This document shows, in pieces, positions 1-8,372 of a stretch of DNA of 32,000 nt. The notes beneath the pieces are model-generated. The model saw only the letters and a list, made by a program, of their open reading frames with translations. It had not been told where the DNA came from and searched no databases. The DNA lies in contig NZ_BCZP01000015.1 of the NCBI RefSeq assembly GCF_001598795.1, positions 30,001 through 62,000 on the forward strand, written 5' to 3'. This stretch comes from Delftia acidovorans NBRC 14950. GTDB taxonomy: Bacteria; Pseudomonadota; Gammaproteobacteria; Burkholderiales; Burkholderiaceae_C. The position numbers were made by a program, and so were the translations under genes. Position 1 is the first letter of the stretch. Every line of letters starts with the position of its first letter.

Positions 1-361
1 TGCCCGGAAAGTTCAGCGCAATCTCCTGCAGCACGGGCGGCAGCATGTTGTCGGCCGCGTCGTGGGGTGCGCCAATGCGCACCAGGCCCTGCACCTGGCG
101 GAGCTGCAGGTTGCGCAGCGCCTCGTCGTGGATGGCCAGCATGTGGCGCGCATAGCCCAGCAGGCGCTGGCCATGATCGGTGAGGCGTTTTTGCCGGCCC
201 TGCTTTTCGAACAGCGCGTGGCCGATCTTCTCCTCCAGCCGCTGCATCTGCTGGGTGATGGCCGATTGCGTGCGCCCCATCTGCACGGCGGCGGCGGCAA
301 AGCTGTCGTGGCTGGCAATGGCGGCCAGGGTGCGCAGCAGGTCCAGGTCAAGCGTCTCCAT
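1..361 (-). CDS. LysR-family transcriptional regulator, N-terminal part (gene runs off the left window edge)
   Basis: Absent from the ORF track because it is open at the edge. My reverse-strand translation from the ATG at 361-359 gives [85 protein letters not shown]..., a canonical LysR winged-HTH N-terminus. It is divergent from the operon starting near 458. Confidence 0.85.
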   Translation of the reverse strand, partial: METLDLDLLRTLAAIASHDSFAAAAVQMGRTQSAITQQMQRLEEKIGHALFEKQGRQKRLTDHGQRLLGYARHMLAIHDEALRNLQLRQVQGLVRIGAPHDAADNMLPPVLQEIALNFPG

Positions 362-381
362 ACTTCAATTTTATTGAAGTA
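361..381. promoter_or_regulatory. Perfect 9-3-9 palindrome TACTTCAAT-TTT-ATTGAAGTA, putative LysR operator (T-N11-A type) in the divergent promoter region
   Basis: Read directly from the sequence. Both arms are exact reverse complements. It is AT-rich in a GC-rich background and abuts or overlaps the LysR start codon (359-361). Confidence 0.5.
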
Positions 382-457
382 TTTATTGGGCATGCGTGGA
401 TTGTTGCGGGCCGGGCGCCTCACTACAGTGGACTTCAACGACGACAAGGAGCCCCCT

Positions 458-1060
458 TTGAACACCATCACCAACACCATCACCGAACAGCGCAGCGCCG
501 CCGTGACAGCAGCCATCGACAGCATGAAGCAGGCCATTGGCGAGGACGCGGCCACGCGCGCCAGCCTGGACGCCGTGCTCCAGCAACTGCTGGGCCTGGC
601 CGCGCGCCGCGACTTCTGGCAGCAGGCCGACTACGCTGCGCCCGAAGAGGGCGAGCACCAGGCGCGCTACCTGATCGCCGAGGACGCCGACCAGAGCTAT
701 GCGCTGTACCTCAACGTCATGCGCCCGGGCAAGCGCATCGTGCCGCACAACCACACGACCTGGGCCTGCATTGCCGCCGTGGAAGGCACGGAGCACAACC
801 GCGTCTACGAGCGCACCGACGACGGCTCCGTCCCCGGCAAGGGCACGCTGCGCGAGACGGAACTTGTGGTGGTCGCACCAGGCCAGGGCATCGCCCTCAT
901 GCCCGAGGACATCCACTCCGTGGAGATCCAGGGCGAGCAGGTCATCCGCCACCTGCACATGTACGGCCGCGCGCTGGAGACGCTCAACGAGCGCACCAGC
1001 TACGACCTGGCCACCGGCACCTGCCAGACCATGGCCATCGGCGTGCAGACGCGCCGCTGA
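458..1060 (+). CDS. Cupin-fold thiol dioxygenase (cysteine dioxygenase type I / 3-mercaptopropionate dioxygenase-like)
   Basis: This is the C-terminal 200 aa of ORF 62..1060. It has a cupin His triad pattern ([16 protein letters not shown] ... EDIHSVEI) and a size and layout like bacterial CDO/3MDO homologues. Start chosen at the in-frame TTG 458, preceded by AAGGAG (446-451). Alternatives are ATG 392 or ATG 524. The part of the ORF upstream of 392 is antisense to the LysR gene. Confidence 0.7.
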   Translation: MNTITNTITEQRSAAVTAAIDSMKQAIGEDAATRASLDAVLQQLLGLAARRDFWQQADYAAPEEGEHQARYLIAEDADQSYALYLNVMRPGKRIVPHNHTTWACIAAVEGTEHNRVYERTDDGSVPGKGTLRETELVVVAPGQGIALMPEDIHSVEIQGEQVIRHLHMYGRALETLNERTSYDLATGTCQTMAIGVQTRR

Positions 1061-1191
1061 GCCCAGGCCTTCCGGCCGCTACCTTCCGCTTCCTGCCTTT
1101 TCACTGTCCATGCCGCAGCGCGCCCCACGGGGCGCGCGTGGCACGGCTTTGCCCGAAATTCCTTGCCGATCTTTTTCCCGGACCGCATGCA

Positions 1192-2772
1192 ATGACCGCA
1201 TCCATTGACGCCCACACCCTCAAATCCTGGCTGCACGACGGCCAGGAGATCGCGCTGCTCGACGTGCGCGAGCACGGCCAGTACGGCGAGTCGCACCTGT
1301 TCTACGCCACGCCCCTGCCCTACAGCCGGCTGGAGCTGGATGTGCCCCGCCTGGTGCCGCGCAGGCAGGTACGCGTCGTCACCTACGACGGTGGCGAGGG
1401 CGATGCCAGCGCGGGCGTGGCCGAGCGTGCCGCGCGCCGCCTCGAAGCCCTGGGCTATACCCATGTCGCCGTGCTCGAAGGCGGTGCCAAGGCCTGGAGC
1501 GCTGCGGGCTACACGCTGTTCGCCGGCGTGAACCTGCCTTCCAAGACCTTTGGCGAACTGGCCGAACACGCCTATGGCACGCCGCGCATCACGGCACAGC
1601 AGCTGGCGGCGCGCCAGGCGGCGGGCCTGCCCCTGGTGGTGCTGGACGGCCGGCCCGTCTCCGAGTTCCACAAGATGAACATCCCCGGCGCCATCTGCTG
1701 CCCCAATGGCGAGCTGGCGCTGCGCGTGAGCCGCCTGGTGCCCGATGCGGCCACGCCCATCGTGGTCAATTGCGCGGGCCGCACGCGCTCCATCATCGGC
1801 GCGCAGACCTTGATCAACCTGGGCATTCCCAACCCCGTCTACGCGCTGGAGAACGGCACCCAGGGCTGGTACCTGGCCGACCTGCCGCTGGAGCACGGCG
1901 GCACGCACCGCTATGGCGACGACTCGGCCAGCAGCGCGCTGCAAGCCCAGGCCCGCGCCCTGGCCGAACGCTTCGACGTGCCCGAGGTCGATGCCGACAC
2001 CGTGCGCGCCTGGAGCCAGGATGCTGCGCGCACGCTGTTCCTGTGCGATGTGCGCACGCCCGAGGAATTCAAGGCCGGTTCGCTGCCCGGCGCCCAGCAC
2101 ACGCCCGGCGGCCAGCTCATGCAGGCCGGCGACCAGTACGTGGGCGTGCGCGGTGCGCGCCTGGTGCTGTTCGACAGCGATGGCGTGCGCGCCCCCGTGG
2201 TGGCCAGCTGGCTGCGCCAGCTCGGCCATGACGCCTGCGTGCTGCGGGGCGGCCTGCAAAGCGGCCTGGACCTGGCACCGGCCCAGCCGCTCCAGGTCCC
2301 CGCACTGGCAGGCATCACGGCGCAGGCCCTGCATGAGCGCATGCGCCAGGGCGAGGTGGCCGTGGTCGATCTGCGCGCGGGCATGAAGTACCGCGCAGGC
2401 CACATCGCCGGGGCCCGCTGGTCCATCCGCCCGTGCCTTGCCAGCGATCTGGCCGGCGAGACGCGCCAGATCGTGCTGGTGGCCGACGAGCCCGGCATGG
2501 CGCAATGGGCCGCGCTGGAGCTGCAGGGCGCCGCGCCGCTGCTGCTCGAAGGCGGCCTGGCCGCATGGCAGCAGGCCGGCCTGCCCGTCGAGGCCACGCC
2601 CGACAGCCCCACCGACGCCGAGTGCATCGACTACCTGTTCTTCGTGCACGACCGCCACGACGGCAACAAGGAAGCGGCACGCCGCTACCTGGCCTGGGAG
2701 ACGGGCCTGGTGCCCCAACTGGACGCGCAGGAACTGGCCGCCTTCCGCCTGCCGGAGCCGGCAATGTCCTGA
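1192..2772 (+). CDS. Multi-domain rhodanese-like sulfurtransferase (four rhodanese repeats plus a C-terminal tail)
   Basis: ORF 1138..2772 from the ATG at 1192 (MTASIDAHTLKSWL...). Four roughly 100-aa rhodanese-like repeats. Only the second has an active-site loop, VVNCAGRTRS (Cys codon 1771-1773). The others have Asp or Ala at that position (YDGGEG, FDSDGVRA, VADEPGMA). Confidence 0.85.
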   Translation: MTASIDAHTLKSWLHDGQEIALLDVREHGQYGESHLFYATPLPYSRLELDVPRLVPRRQVRVVTYDGGEGDASAGVAERAARRLEALGYTHVAVLEGGAKAWSAAGYTLFAGVNLPSKTFGELAEHAYGTPRITAQQLAARQAAGLPLVVLDGRPVSEFHKMNIPGAICCPNGELALRVSRLVPDAATPIVVNCAGRTRSIIGAQTLINLGIPNPVYALENGTQGWYLADLPLEHGGTHRYGDDSASSALQAQARALAERFDVPEVDADTVRAWSQDAARTLFLCDVRTPEEFKAGSLPGAQHTPGGQLMQAGDQYVGVRGARLVLFDSDGVRAPVVASWLRQLGHDACVLRGGLQSGLDLAPAQPLQVPALAGITAQALHERMRQGEVAVVDLRAGMKYRAGHIAGARWSIRPCLASDLAGETRQIVLVADEPGMAQWAALELQGAAPLLLEGGLAAWQQAGLPVEATPDSPTDAECIDYLFFVHDRHDGNKEAARRYLAWETGLVPQLDAQELAAFRLPEPAMS

Positions 2773-2827
2773 TCCACGCAAAGAGCATCCGAACAGCCCA
2801 ACACCACATAACGACAGGAGACAAGAC

Positions 2828-3826
2828 ATGTTCGCAACTCTCAACCTTGCCAGGATGCTGGCCGCCAGCCTCGCGGCCCTGGCCATGCTCTCGCAGGCCA
2901 CGGCCGAGCCGCTGGCTGCGCGCAACGGCTATCCGGGCCAGCCGATCCGCTTCATCTCGCCCTTCCCGCCGGGCGGCGGCAACGACGCCAGCACGCGCTG
3001 GGTCACCACGCGGCTGACCGAGGCCACGGGCCAGCCCTCCGTGGTGGAAAACCGGGGCGGCGCAGGCGGCAACATCGGCGCAAAGGCCGTGGCCGAGGCC
3101 AAGCCCGATGGCTACACCGTGCTCACGGGCCAGGTCTCGCTGATGGCGGTGAACCCCGCGCTCTACAGCGCGCCGGGCTTCGATCCGCTCAAGAACTTCG
3201 TGCCCATCACGCAGATCAACGCGGCTCCGCTGGCCATCGTGGTCGCCTCGGCCTCGCCCCTCAAGAGCTTTGCCGACCTGGTGGCGCGCAGCAAGGGCGA
3301 GCCGGGCCGCGTCACCTATGCCACGCCCGGCAACGGCACGCTGTCGCACCTGGTGGGCGTGGTGCTGTCCAAGGAAAACGGCGTGCCCATGACCCATGTG
3401 CCCTACAAGGGCGCGGGGCCGGCCATCAACGATCTGCTGGGCCAGCAGGTCGATGTGCTGATCACCTCCACCTCGTCCGTGGCCGGCATGATCCAGGCGG
3501 GCCAGGTGCGTGCGCTGGCCGTCACCAGCCCGCGCCGCATCGGCGTGTTCGGCAAGGTGCCCACGCTGGAGGAACTGGGCCTGCGCAATGCGCGCTTCGA
3601 GGACTGGTACGGCTTCTTCGCTCCCGCCGGCACGCCGCCCGAGCGCGTTGCCTTCTTGCACGACGCCATCGTGCGCACCCTGCAACTGCCTGAAGTGACC
3701 AAACTCGTCGTCGATGGCGGCAGCGAAGTCGTGGCCAATACGCCCGAGGCCTTTGCCGCCCAGCTGCGCCAGGACATGGAGCGCTGGTCGCGCGTGGTCA
3801 AGCTCTCGGGCGCGAAGATCGACTGA
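2828..3826 (+). CDS. Bug/TctC-family periplasmic solute-binding protein (tripartite tricarboxylate transporter receptor)
   Basis: Starts at ATG 2828 behind AGGAGA. Signal peptide MFATLNLARMLAASLAALAMLSQATA. Family hallmarks are PFPPGGGNDA, VENRGGAGGNIGA, KPDGYT, HVPYKGAGPA and DWYGFFAPAGTP. Confidence 0.9.
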   Translation: MFATLNLARMLAASLAALAMLSQATAEPLAARNGYPGQPIRFISPFPPGGGNDASTRWVTTRLTEATGQPSVVENRGGAGGNIGAKAVAEAKPDGYTVLTGQVSLMAVNPALYSAPGFDPLKNFVPITQINAAPLAIVVASASPLKSFADLVARSKGEPGRVTYATPGNGTLSHLVGVVLSKENGVPMTHVPYKGAGPAINDLLGQQVDVLITSTSSVAGMIQAGQVRALAVTSPRRIGVFGKVPTLEELGLRNARFEDWYGFFAPAGTPPERVAFLHDAIVRTLQLPEVTKLVVDGGSEVVANTPEAFAAQLRQDMERWSRVVKLSGAKID

Positions 3827-5028
3827 TGGCTGCCGAACACGCCCCCGTGCCTGGCGCCCCCGCGCTGGACCTGCAGACCCGGCTGCTGCATGCGGGCAAG
3901 CGCCCGGCCTATGCGGGCGGCACGGCCGTCAACCCGCCCCTGGTGCGCGCCAGCACCGTGCTGTTTGAGAGCACGGCACAGCAGCGCGAGATGCGCGAGC
4001 GCCGCGCCGGCGAGCGCATCTTCAGCTACGGCGCGCGCGGCACGCCCACCGGCTTTGCGCTGGAAGATGCCGTCAGCGAGCTGGAAGGCGCCCACCGCAC
4101 GCGGCTGCTGCCCACCGGCCTGGCGGCCATCGGCATGGCCCTGCTCAGCTACCTGCGCCCCGGCGACCATGTGCTGCTGACCGACAGCGCCTACCAGCCT
4201 GTGCGCCACCTGGCCGGGCAATGGCTGCGGCCCTATGGCATCGAGTACGACTTCTTCGCGGCCGATGGCAGCGACGCCCAGGCGCGCATGCGCCCCAACA
4301 CCCGCATGGTCTATGCCGAATGCCCGGGATCGCTGGTCTACGAGATGTGCGACCTGCCCGCGCTGGCCGCCATGGCCCATGCGCGCGGCGCCCTGGTCGT
4401 GGCCGACAACACCTGGGGGTCGGGCTGCCAGTACCGGCCGCTGGCGCTGGGGGCCGATGTCTCGGTGATGGCAGCCACCAAGTACCTGTCGGGCCACTCC
4501 GACGTGATGATGGGCACGGTGGCCACCACCGAGGCCGCCTGGGAGCCGCTGGCCGCGCGCTGCGATGCCTTCGGCATGGCGGTCAGCCCCGACGATGCCT
4601 GGCTGGTGCTGCGCGGCATGCGCTCGCTGGCCGCACGGCTGCAGATGCATGAGGCGCATGCGCTGGAGGTGGCGCACTGGCTGCAGCAGCACCCGGCCGT
4701 GGCCACCGTGTTCTGCCCCGCGCTGCCCACGCATCCCGGCCATGCGCTGTGGCTGCGCGACTGCCAGGGCACCAACGGCCTGGTGTCGCTGGAGCTGCAG
4801 CCCGGCACCGCCGAGGCCGCCGTAGACCGCTTCATCGACGGCCTGCGGCTCTTCGGCATCGGCGCCTCCTGGGGCGGCTACGAAAGCCTGGCGACGGCCG
4901 CGCACATGGCGCAGGCGCGCAGCGTCACCGACTGGAGTGCGCGCGGGCCCGTGGTGCGCCTGCACATCGGCCTGGAGTCGCCGCGCGACCTCATCGCCGA
5001 CCTGGAGCAGGGGCTGGCGGCACTTTAG
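3826..5028 (+). CDS. metC: Cystathionine beta-lyase-type PLP-dependent C-S lyase
   Basis: 400 aa, colinear with my recollection of E. coli MetC: YGARGTPTGFALEDAVSELEG, PLP-lysine motif ATKYLSGHSDVMMGT, SWGGYESL, VRLHIGLESPRDLIADLEQG. Its ATG overlaps the upstream TGA (ATGA at 3824-3828), suggesting translational coupling. Confidence 0.85.
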   Translation: MAAEHAPVPGAPALDLQTRLLHAGKRPAYAGGTAVNPPLVRASTVLFESTAQQREMRERRAGERIFSYGARGTPTGFALEDAVSELEGAHRTRLLPTGLAAIGMALLSYLRPGDHVLLTDSAYQPVRHLAGQWLRPYGIEYDFFAADGSDAQARMRPNTRMVYAECPGSLVYEMCDLPALAAMAHARGALVVADNTWGSGCQYRPLALGADVSVMAATKYLSGHSDVMMGTVATTEAAWEPLAARCDAFGMAVSPDDAWLVLRGMRSLAARLQMHEAHALEVAHWLQQHPAVATVFCPALPTHPGHALWLRDCQGTNGLVSLELQPGTAEAAVDRFIDGLRLFGIGASWGGYESLATAAHMAQARSVTDWSARGPVVRLHIGLESPRDLIADLEQGLAAL

Positions 5029-5041
5029 TGGATAACACGCT

Positions 5042-6115
5042 CTAGCGGCCTGCCTGAGCGCTCGCCAGCTCGCCGGCCAGCGTCTGCACCAGCGCGGCGG
5101 CCGGCATCTCGCGCGCCAGCGGCGCACCCTGGCCGGCCCAGTGGGCTGCGTAGTCGGAGCTGCCCTGGGCGGACGCCGCCTGGTGCAGCGCCTTGCCTGC
5201 GTCGTAGACGCGCGGGTAGTCGGGCAGGGGCTGGCCATGGCTGGCGCCCAGCGCATGCAGTCGGTTGACCATGCCGCGCGCCGGCCGGCCCGAGATGGCG
5301 GCGGTGATGCCTGTGTGGTGGGAGCGTTCGCTGCGCAGCTCGGCACGGTAGGCCGGGCTGGCGGACGATTCAGGGCAGAGGATGAAGGCCGTGCCCAGTT
5401 GGGCCGCGCAGGCGCCCAGGCCCAACGCGGCCGCAATGCCCTCGCCGTCCATGATGCCGCCCGCTGCGATCACCGGCAGGGCCGTGTTGCGGGCCAGCAC
5501 ACGCACCAGGGCGAAGGTGCCCATCATGCGGTCCTGCGCGGGATCGAACGTGCCGCGGTGCCCCCCGGCCTCCACGCCCTGGGCCACGATGGCATCGACA
5601 CCGGCCTGCTCCACCTGGCGCGCCTCGTCCAGCGACGTGGCGCTGGCCAGGGTCACGACGCCGGCCGCGCGCAGCGCGTCGATGAAGCCCTGCTCAGGCA
5701 GCCCGAAATGAAAGCTCACCACGGCGGGCCGCTCCTGCAGCAGCATGGCCTGCAGCGCCGCGTTGCCGACGGCGGTGGCGTAGATCTCGTTCAGCGTGGC
5801 AGGCGGCGCGGCGCCGAAGCGTGCGAACTCGGGCGCCAGATGGGCCAGCCAGGCGGCCTCGCGCTGCGCATCGGCCCGGGCCGGCCGGTGGCAGAACAGG
5901 TTGACGTTGAAGGCGCCTGAGGTCAGCGCGCGCGTCTGCACGATCTGCTGGCGTGCCTGCTCCGTGCCGCTGGCACCAATGCCCAGCGAGCCCAGGCCGC
6001 CCGCATCGGTGACGGCTGCCGCCAGCGCGGGCGTGGACGTGCCGGCCATGGGGGCCTGGATGATGGGATGGCGCATGCCCAGTCGGGCCATCCATGCGGT
6101 CTTTGCGGTGCTCAT
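5042..6115 (-). CDS. Nitronate monooxygenase (NMO / 2-nitropropane dioxygenase family, FMN-dependent)
   Basis: 357 aa. N-terminus [34 protein letters not shown] and later [10 protein letters not shown] are typical of the NMO family. AAGGAG Shine-Dalgarno upstream (reverse complement of 6119-6124). Confidence 0.85.
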   Translation of the reverse strand: MSTAKTAWMARLGMRHPIIQAPMAGTSTPALAAAVTDAGGLGSLGIGASGTEQARQQIVQTRALTSGAFNVNLFCHRPARADAQREAAWLAHLAPEFARFGAAPPATLNEIYATAVGNAALQAMLLQERPAVVSFHFGLPEQGFIDALRAAGVVTLASATSLDEARQVEQAGVDAIVAQGVEAGGHRGTFDPAQDRMMGTFALVRVLARNTALPVIAAGGIMDGEGIAAALGLGACAAQLGTAFILCPESSASPAYRAELRSERSHHTGITAAISGRPARGMVNRLHALGASHGQPLPDYPRVYDAGKALHQAASAQGSSDYAAHWAGQGAPLAREMPAAALVQTLAGELASAQAGR

Positions 6116-6149
6116 ACGACTCCTTGTTTCCTGTCTCGAATCCGCGCAC

Positions 6150-7373
6150 TCATGCGGCGGCCTGTCGGCGCGCGCTGGCGCGGCTGGCGGCGATCATGAG
6201 CGTGCCCAGCAGCAGCGACACGCTGCCGATGACGAACAGACGCTGGTACGAGCCCAGGCCCGCATAGCTCCAGGCCATGAAATACCCCGACACGGCCTGC
6301 ATCAGAGCAAAGGCCGCCGTCGCATAGCCCCACATGCGCTTGTGCTGCGCGGGGCCGATCAGCTGCATCAGGTAGCCCGAGGTGATGGCCGCCATGCCCG
6401 GCGACAAGGCGCCCACCAGAAAGGACGAGGTCGCATGCCCCGCAAATCCCACCCAGAACAGCGGCATGGCAATGGCCAGGGTCTTGACCGCATAGGCGCC
6501 CGTGGTCGTGCCCCACCAGCCAAAGCGCGTGGCGCACAGCGAGGCCACCAGCGGCCCGGCAATGGCGCCCAGGCCGAACACGGCCCACTGCGTGGAGGCA
6601 TAGGCATCGCCCAACTGCAGCTCGCGCGCCAGGTAGTCCACCCAGAACACCGTGTGCGGCACAAAGCCGAAGGCGTCCGTCATATAGGCCAGCATCACCA
6701 GCACCACGGGCAGCGTCCACAGGGGGGCGGCGGGCGAGGGCCGGGCATGGGGCGTGATGGCGATGGGCGCAGGCACCGGCAGCCGCCGCACATGGCGCCA
6801 GCCCAGCCAGCCGGCCCAGGCGCAGACCGCCGCCAGCGCCCACCAGACGGCTCCCAGGCTCTGGCGCGCCAGCAGCGGTATCAGCGTGGCCGACAGCAGG
6901 GCGCCGGCACCTATGCCGCAGAACATCAGCGGCCCCAGGGCCGCGCGCCGCTGCACGGGCGTGGCCGCCAGGGCCACGGAGGGGCCCAGCACCATCAGGA
7001 TGGCGCCGCCAATGCCCGAGATGCAGCGCCAGGCAAAGAACCAGGGCATGGGCAGCGGCCAGGCGCAGGCCGCAAAGCTCAGCGCCAGGGCCACCCAGCA
7101 CCACAGCAGCACGCGCAGCGCGCCCAGGCGTTCGGCCAGCGGCGCGGCGGCCAGCGCGCCGATCAGATAGCCCAGCAGGTTGGCCGCACCCAGGTAGGCC
7201 ACCTGCTCGCCGCTGAACCAGCCGGCATGCACCATCTGCGGCATCAGCGCCGTGTAGGCAAAGCGCGCCAGGCCGACGCCGCTGAGCGTGGCCATGAAGC
7301 CGGTCAGCAGCAGGGAAGTTTCGTTGCGTTGGATCACGGGAGTGGGCGCCATGCGGGGAGGATGGGCATACAT
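6150..7373 (-). CDS. YbfB/YjiJ-type MFS transporter
   Basis: 407-aa polytopic protein. [43 protein letters not shown] resembles the YbfB/YjiJ (DUF1228) MFS subfamily. Lies 34 nt upstream of the NMO gene on the same strand. Start uncertain (7373 or ATG at 7352). Confidence 0.72.
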   Translation of the reverse strand: MYAHPPRMAPTPVIQRNETSLLLTGFMATLSGVGLARFAYTALMPQMVHAGWFSGEQVAYLGAANLLGYLIGALAAAPLAERLGALRVLLWCWVALALSFAACAWPLPMPWFFAWRCISGIGGAILMVLGPSVALAATPVQRRAALGPLMFCGIGAGALLSATLIPLLARQSLGAVWWALAAVCAWAGWLGWRHVRRLPVPAPIAITPHARPSPAAPLWTLPVVLVMLAYMTDAFGFVPHTVFWVDYLARELQLGDAYASTQWAVFGLGAIAGPLVASLCATRFGWWGTTTGAYAVKTLAIAMPLFWVGFAGHATSSFLVGALSPGMAAITSGYLMQLIGPAQHKRMWGYATAAFALMQAVSGYFMAWSYAGLGSYQRLFVIGSVSLLLGTLMIAASRASARRQAAA

Positions 7374-7388
7374 TAGGCGCTGCCGCCC

Positions 7389-7413
7389 ATCATGTCCAAT
7401 GATTCAAAATGAT
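7389..7413. promoter_or_regulatory. ATCAT-N5-ATGAT dyad plus an extra ATGAT repeat, putative LysR box
   Basis: Sequence ATCATGTCCAATGATTCAAAATGAT in the 81-nt divergent intergenic region between the MFS gene and the LysR gene. This is a motif-level argument only. Confidence 0.3.
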
Positions 7414-7454
7414 GGCGTCGATCTCGATTGAAGATGGATGTCACTGGAGCCGCG

Positions 7455-8372
7455 ATGCAACTGAAGTCCCTGCGCATGTTCCTGGCCGTCTGCGACAGCG
7501 GCAGCTTCGGCGCCGCCGCGCAGCAACTGCACACCGTGCAGTCCAACGTGACGGCCCATGTGAAAAAGCTCGAGGACGAGGCCGGCGTGCAACTGCTGGA
7601 ACGCAGCGCGCCCGTGCACGCCACGCCTGCCGGCCGCCTGCTGGAGCAATACGCGCGGCGCATGCTGGCCGACCATGACGAGGCGCTGGCCCTGCTGCAA
7701 GGCAGCGCCCGGGCCGCAGGCGCGCTGCGCATAGGCTCCATGGAAACCACGGCCGCGCTGCGCCTGCCGCCGCTGCTGGCGCGCCTGCACCAGGCCCAGC
7801 CCGGCCTGGACCTGGAGCTGCGCACGGCCACCACGGCCGAGCTGCTGGCCGATCTGCTTGCCGGGCGGCTGGACTGCGCCTTCGTCTCCGGCATGCCGCC
7901 CCAGTCCCGCCTGCAGGGCTGGCGCGTCTTCGAGGAGGAACTGGTCCTGGTCACCGCCTTCGCGCTGCCGCGCTTTCCCGATGCCGCCCAGCTCAGCGCC
8001 GTGCCCTTCCTGGCCTTCCGCCAGGGCTGCAGCTACCGCCAGCGCATCGAACTGCTGCTGGCCGCGCGCGGCGTAGCGGCACGCATCATGGAAATGGGAT
8101 CGCTGGACGCCATCCTCGGCTGCGTGGCCGCCGGCATGGGCTACGGCCTGCTGCCGCGCAGCGTGGTCCAGGCACAGCAGCACCGCTTCGGCGTGCACAT
8201 CACGGCCCTGCCCGGCGCACTCGCCCAGGAAGTCGCCCGCGTGGAAACCTGGTTCGTCGTGCCCGCGCGCCAGGGCTGGTCGCCTGCGCTGCATGCGTGC
8301 GTGGAGGTGCTGGGGATCGACCAGGGGGTTGCGGCTGTCGATGCGCAAGGCCTGGTGCCTGCCGGCTCATGA
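7455..8372 (+). CDS. LysR-family transcriptional regulator
   Basis: ORF 7428..8372. The start at ATG 7455 (GGAG 5 nt upstream) gives MQLKSLRMFLAVCDSGSFGAAAQQLHTVQSNVTAHVKKLEDEAGVQLLER, a textbook LysR HTH. Divergent from the MFS-NMO pair. Confidence 0.9.
   Translation: MQLKSLRMFLAVCDSGSFGAAAQQLHTVQSNVTAHVKKLEDEAGVQLLERSAPVHATPAGRLLEQYARRMLADHDEALALLQGSARAAGALRIGSMETTAALRLPPLLARLHQAQPGLDLELRTATTAELLADLLAGRLDCAFVSGMPPQSRLQGWRVFEEELVLVTAFALPRFPDAAQLSAVPFLAFRQGCSYRQRIELLLAARGVAARIMEMGSLDAILGCVAAGMGYGLLPRSVVQAQQHRFGVHITALPGALAQEVARVETWFVVPARQGWSPALHACVEVLGIDQGVAAVDAQGLVPAGS

Noticed and set aside
62-457. N-terminal 132 codons of ORF 62..1060, and ORF 13..555(-).
   Set aside because: This stretch is antisense to, or overlaps, the clearly LysR-like coding sequence on the minus strand (1..361). 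The cupin domain needs only the part from about 458 onward.
1139-1152. Sigma54-like element TGGCACGGCTTTGC upstream of the rhodanese gene.
   Set aside because: The GG and GC elements are one nucleotide too close (TGGCAC-N4-TTGC instead of N5). The -24/-12 spacing is strict, and there is no upstream enhancer-like dyad.
8367-8372. A 6-nt overlap of the convergent 3' ends of the LysR gene and comM.
   Set aside because: Short convergent overlaps are common in compact genomes, and no associated structure or motif was seen.
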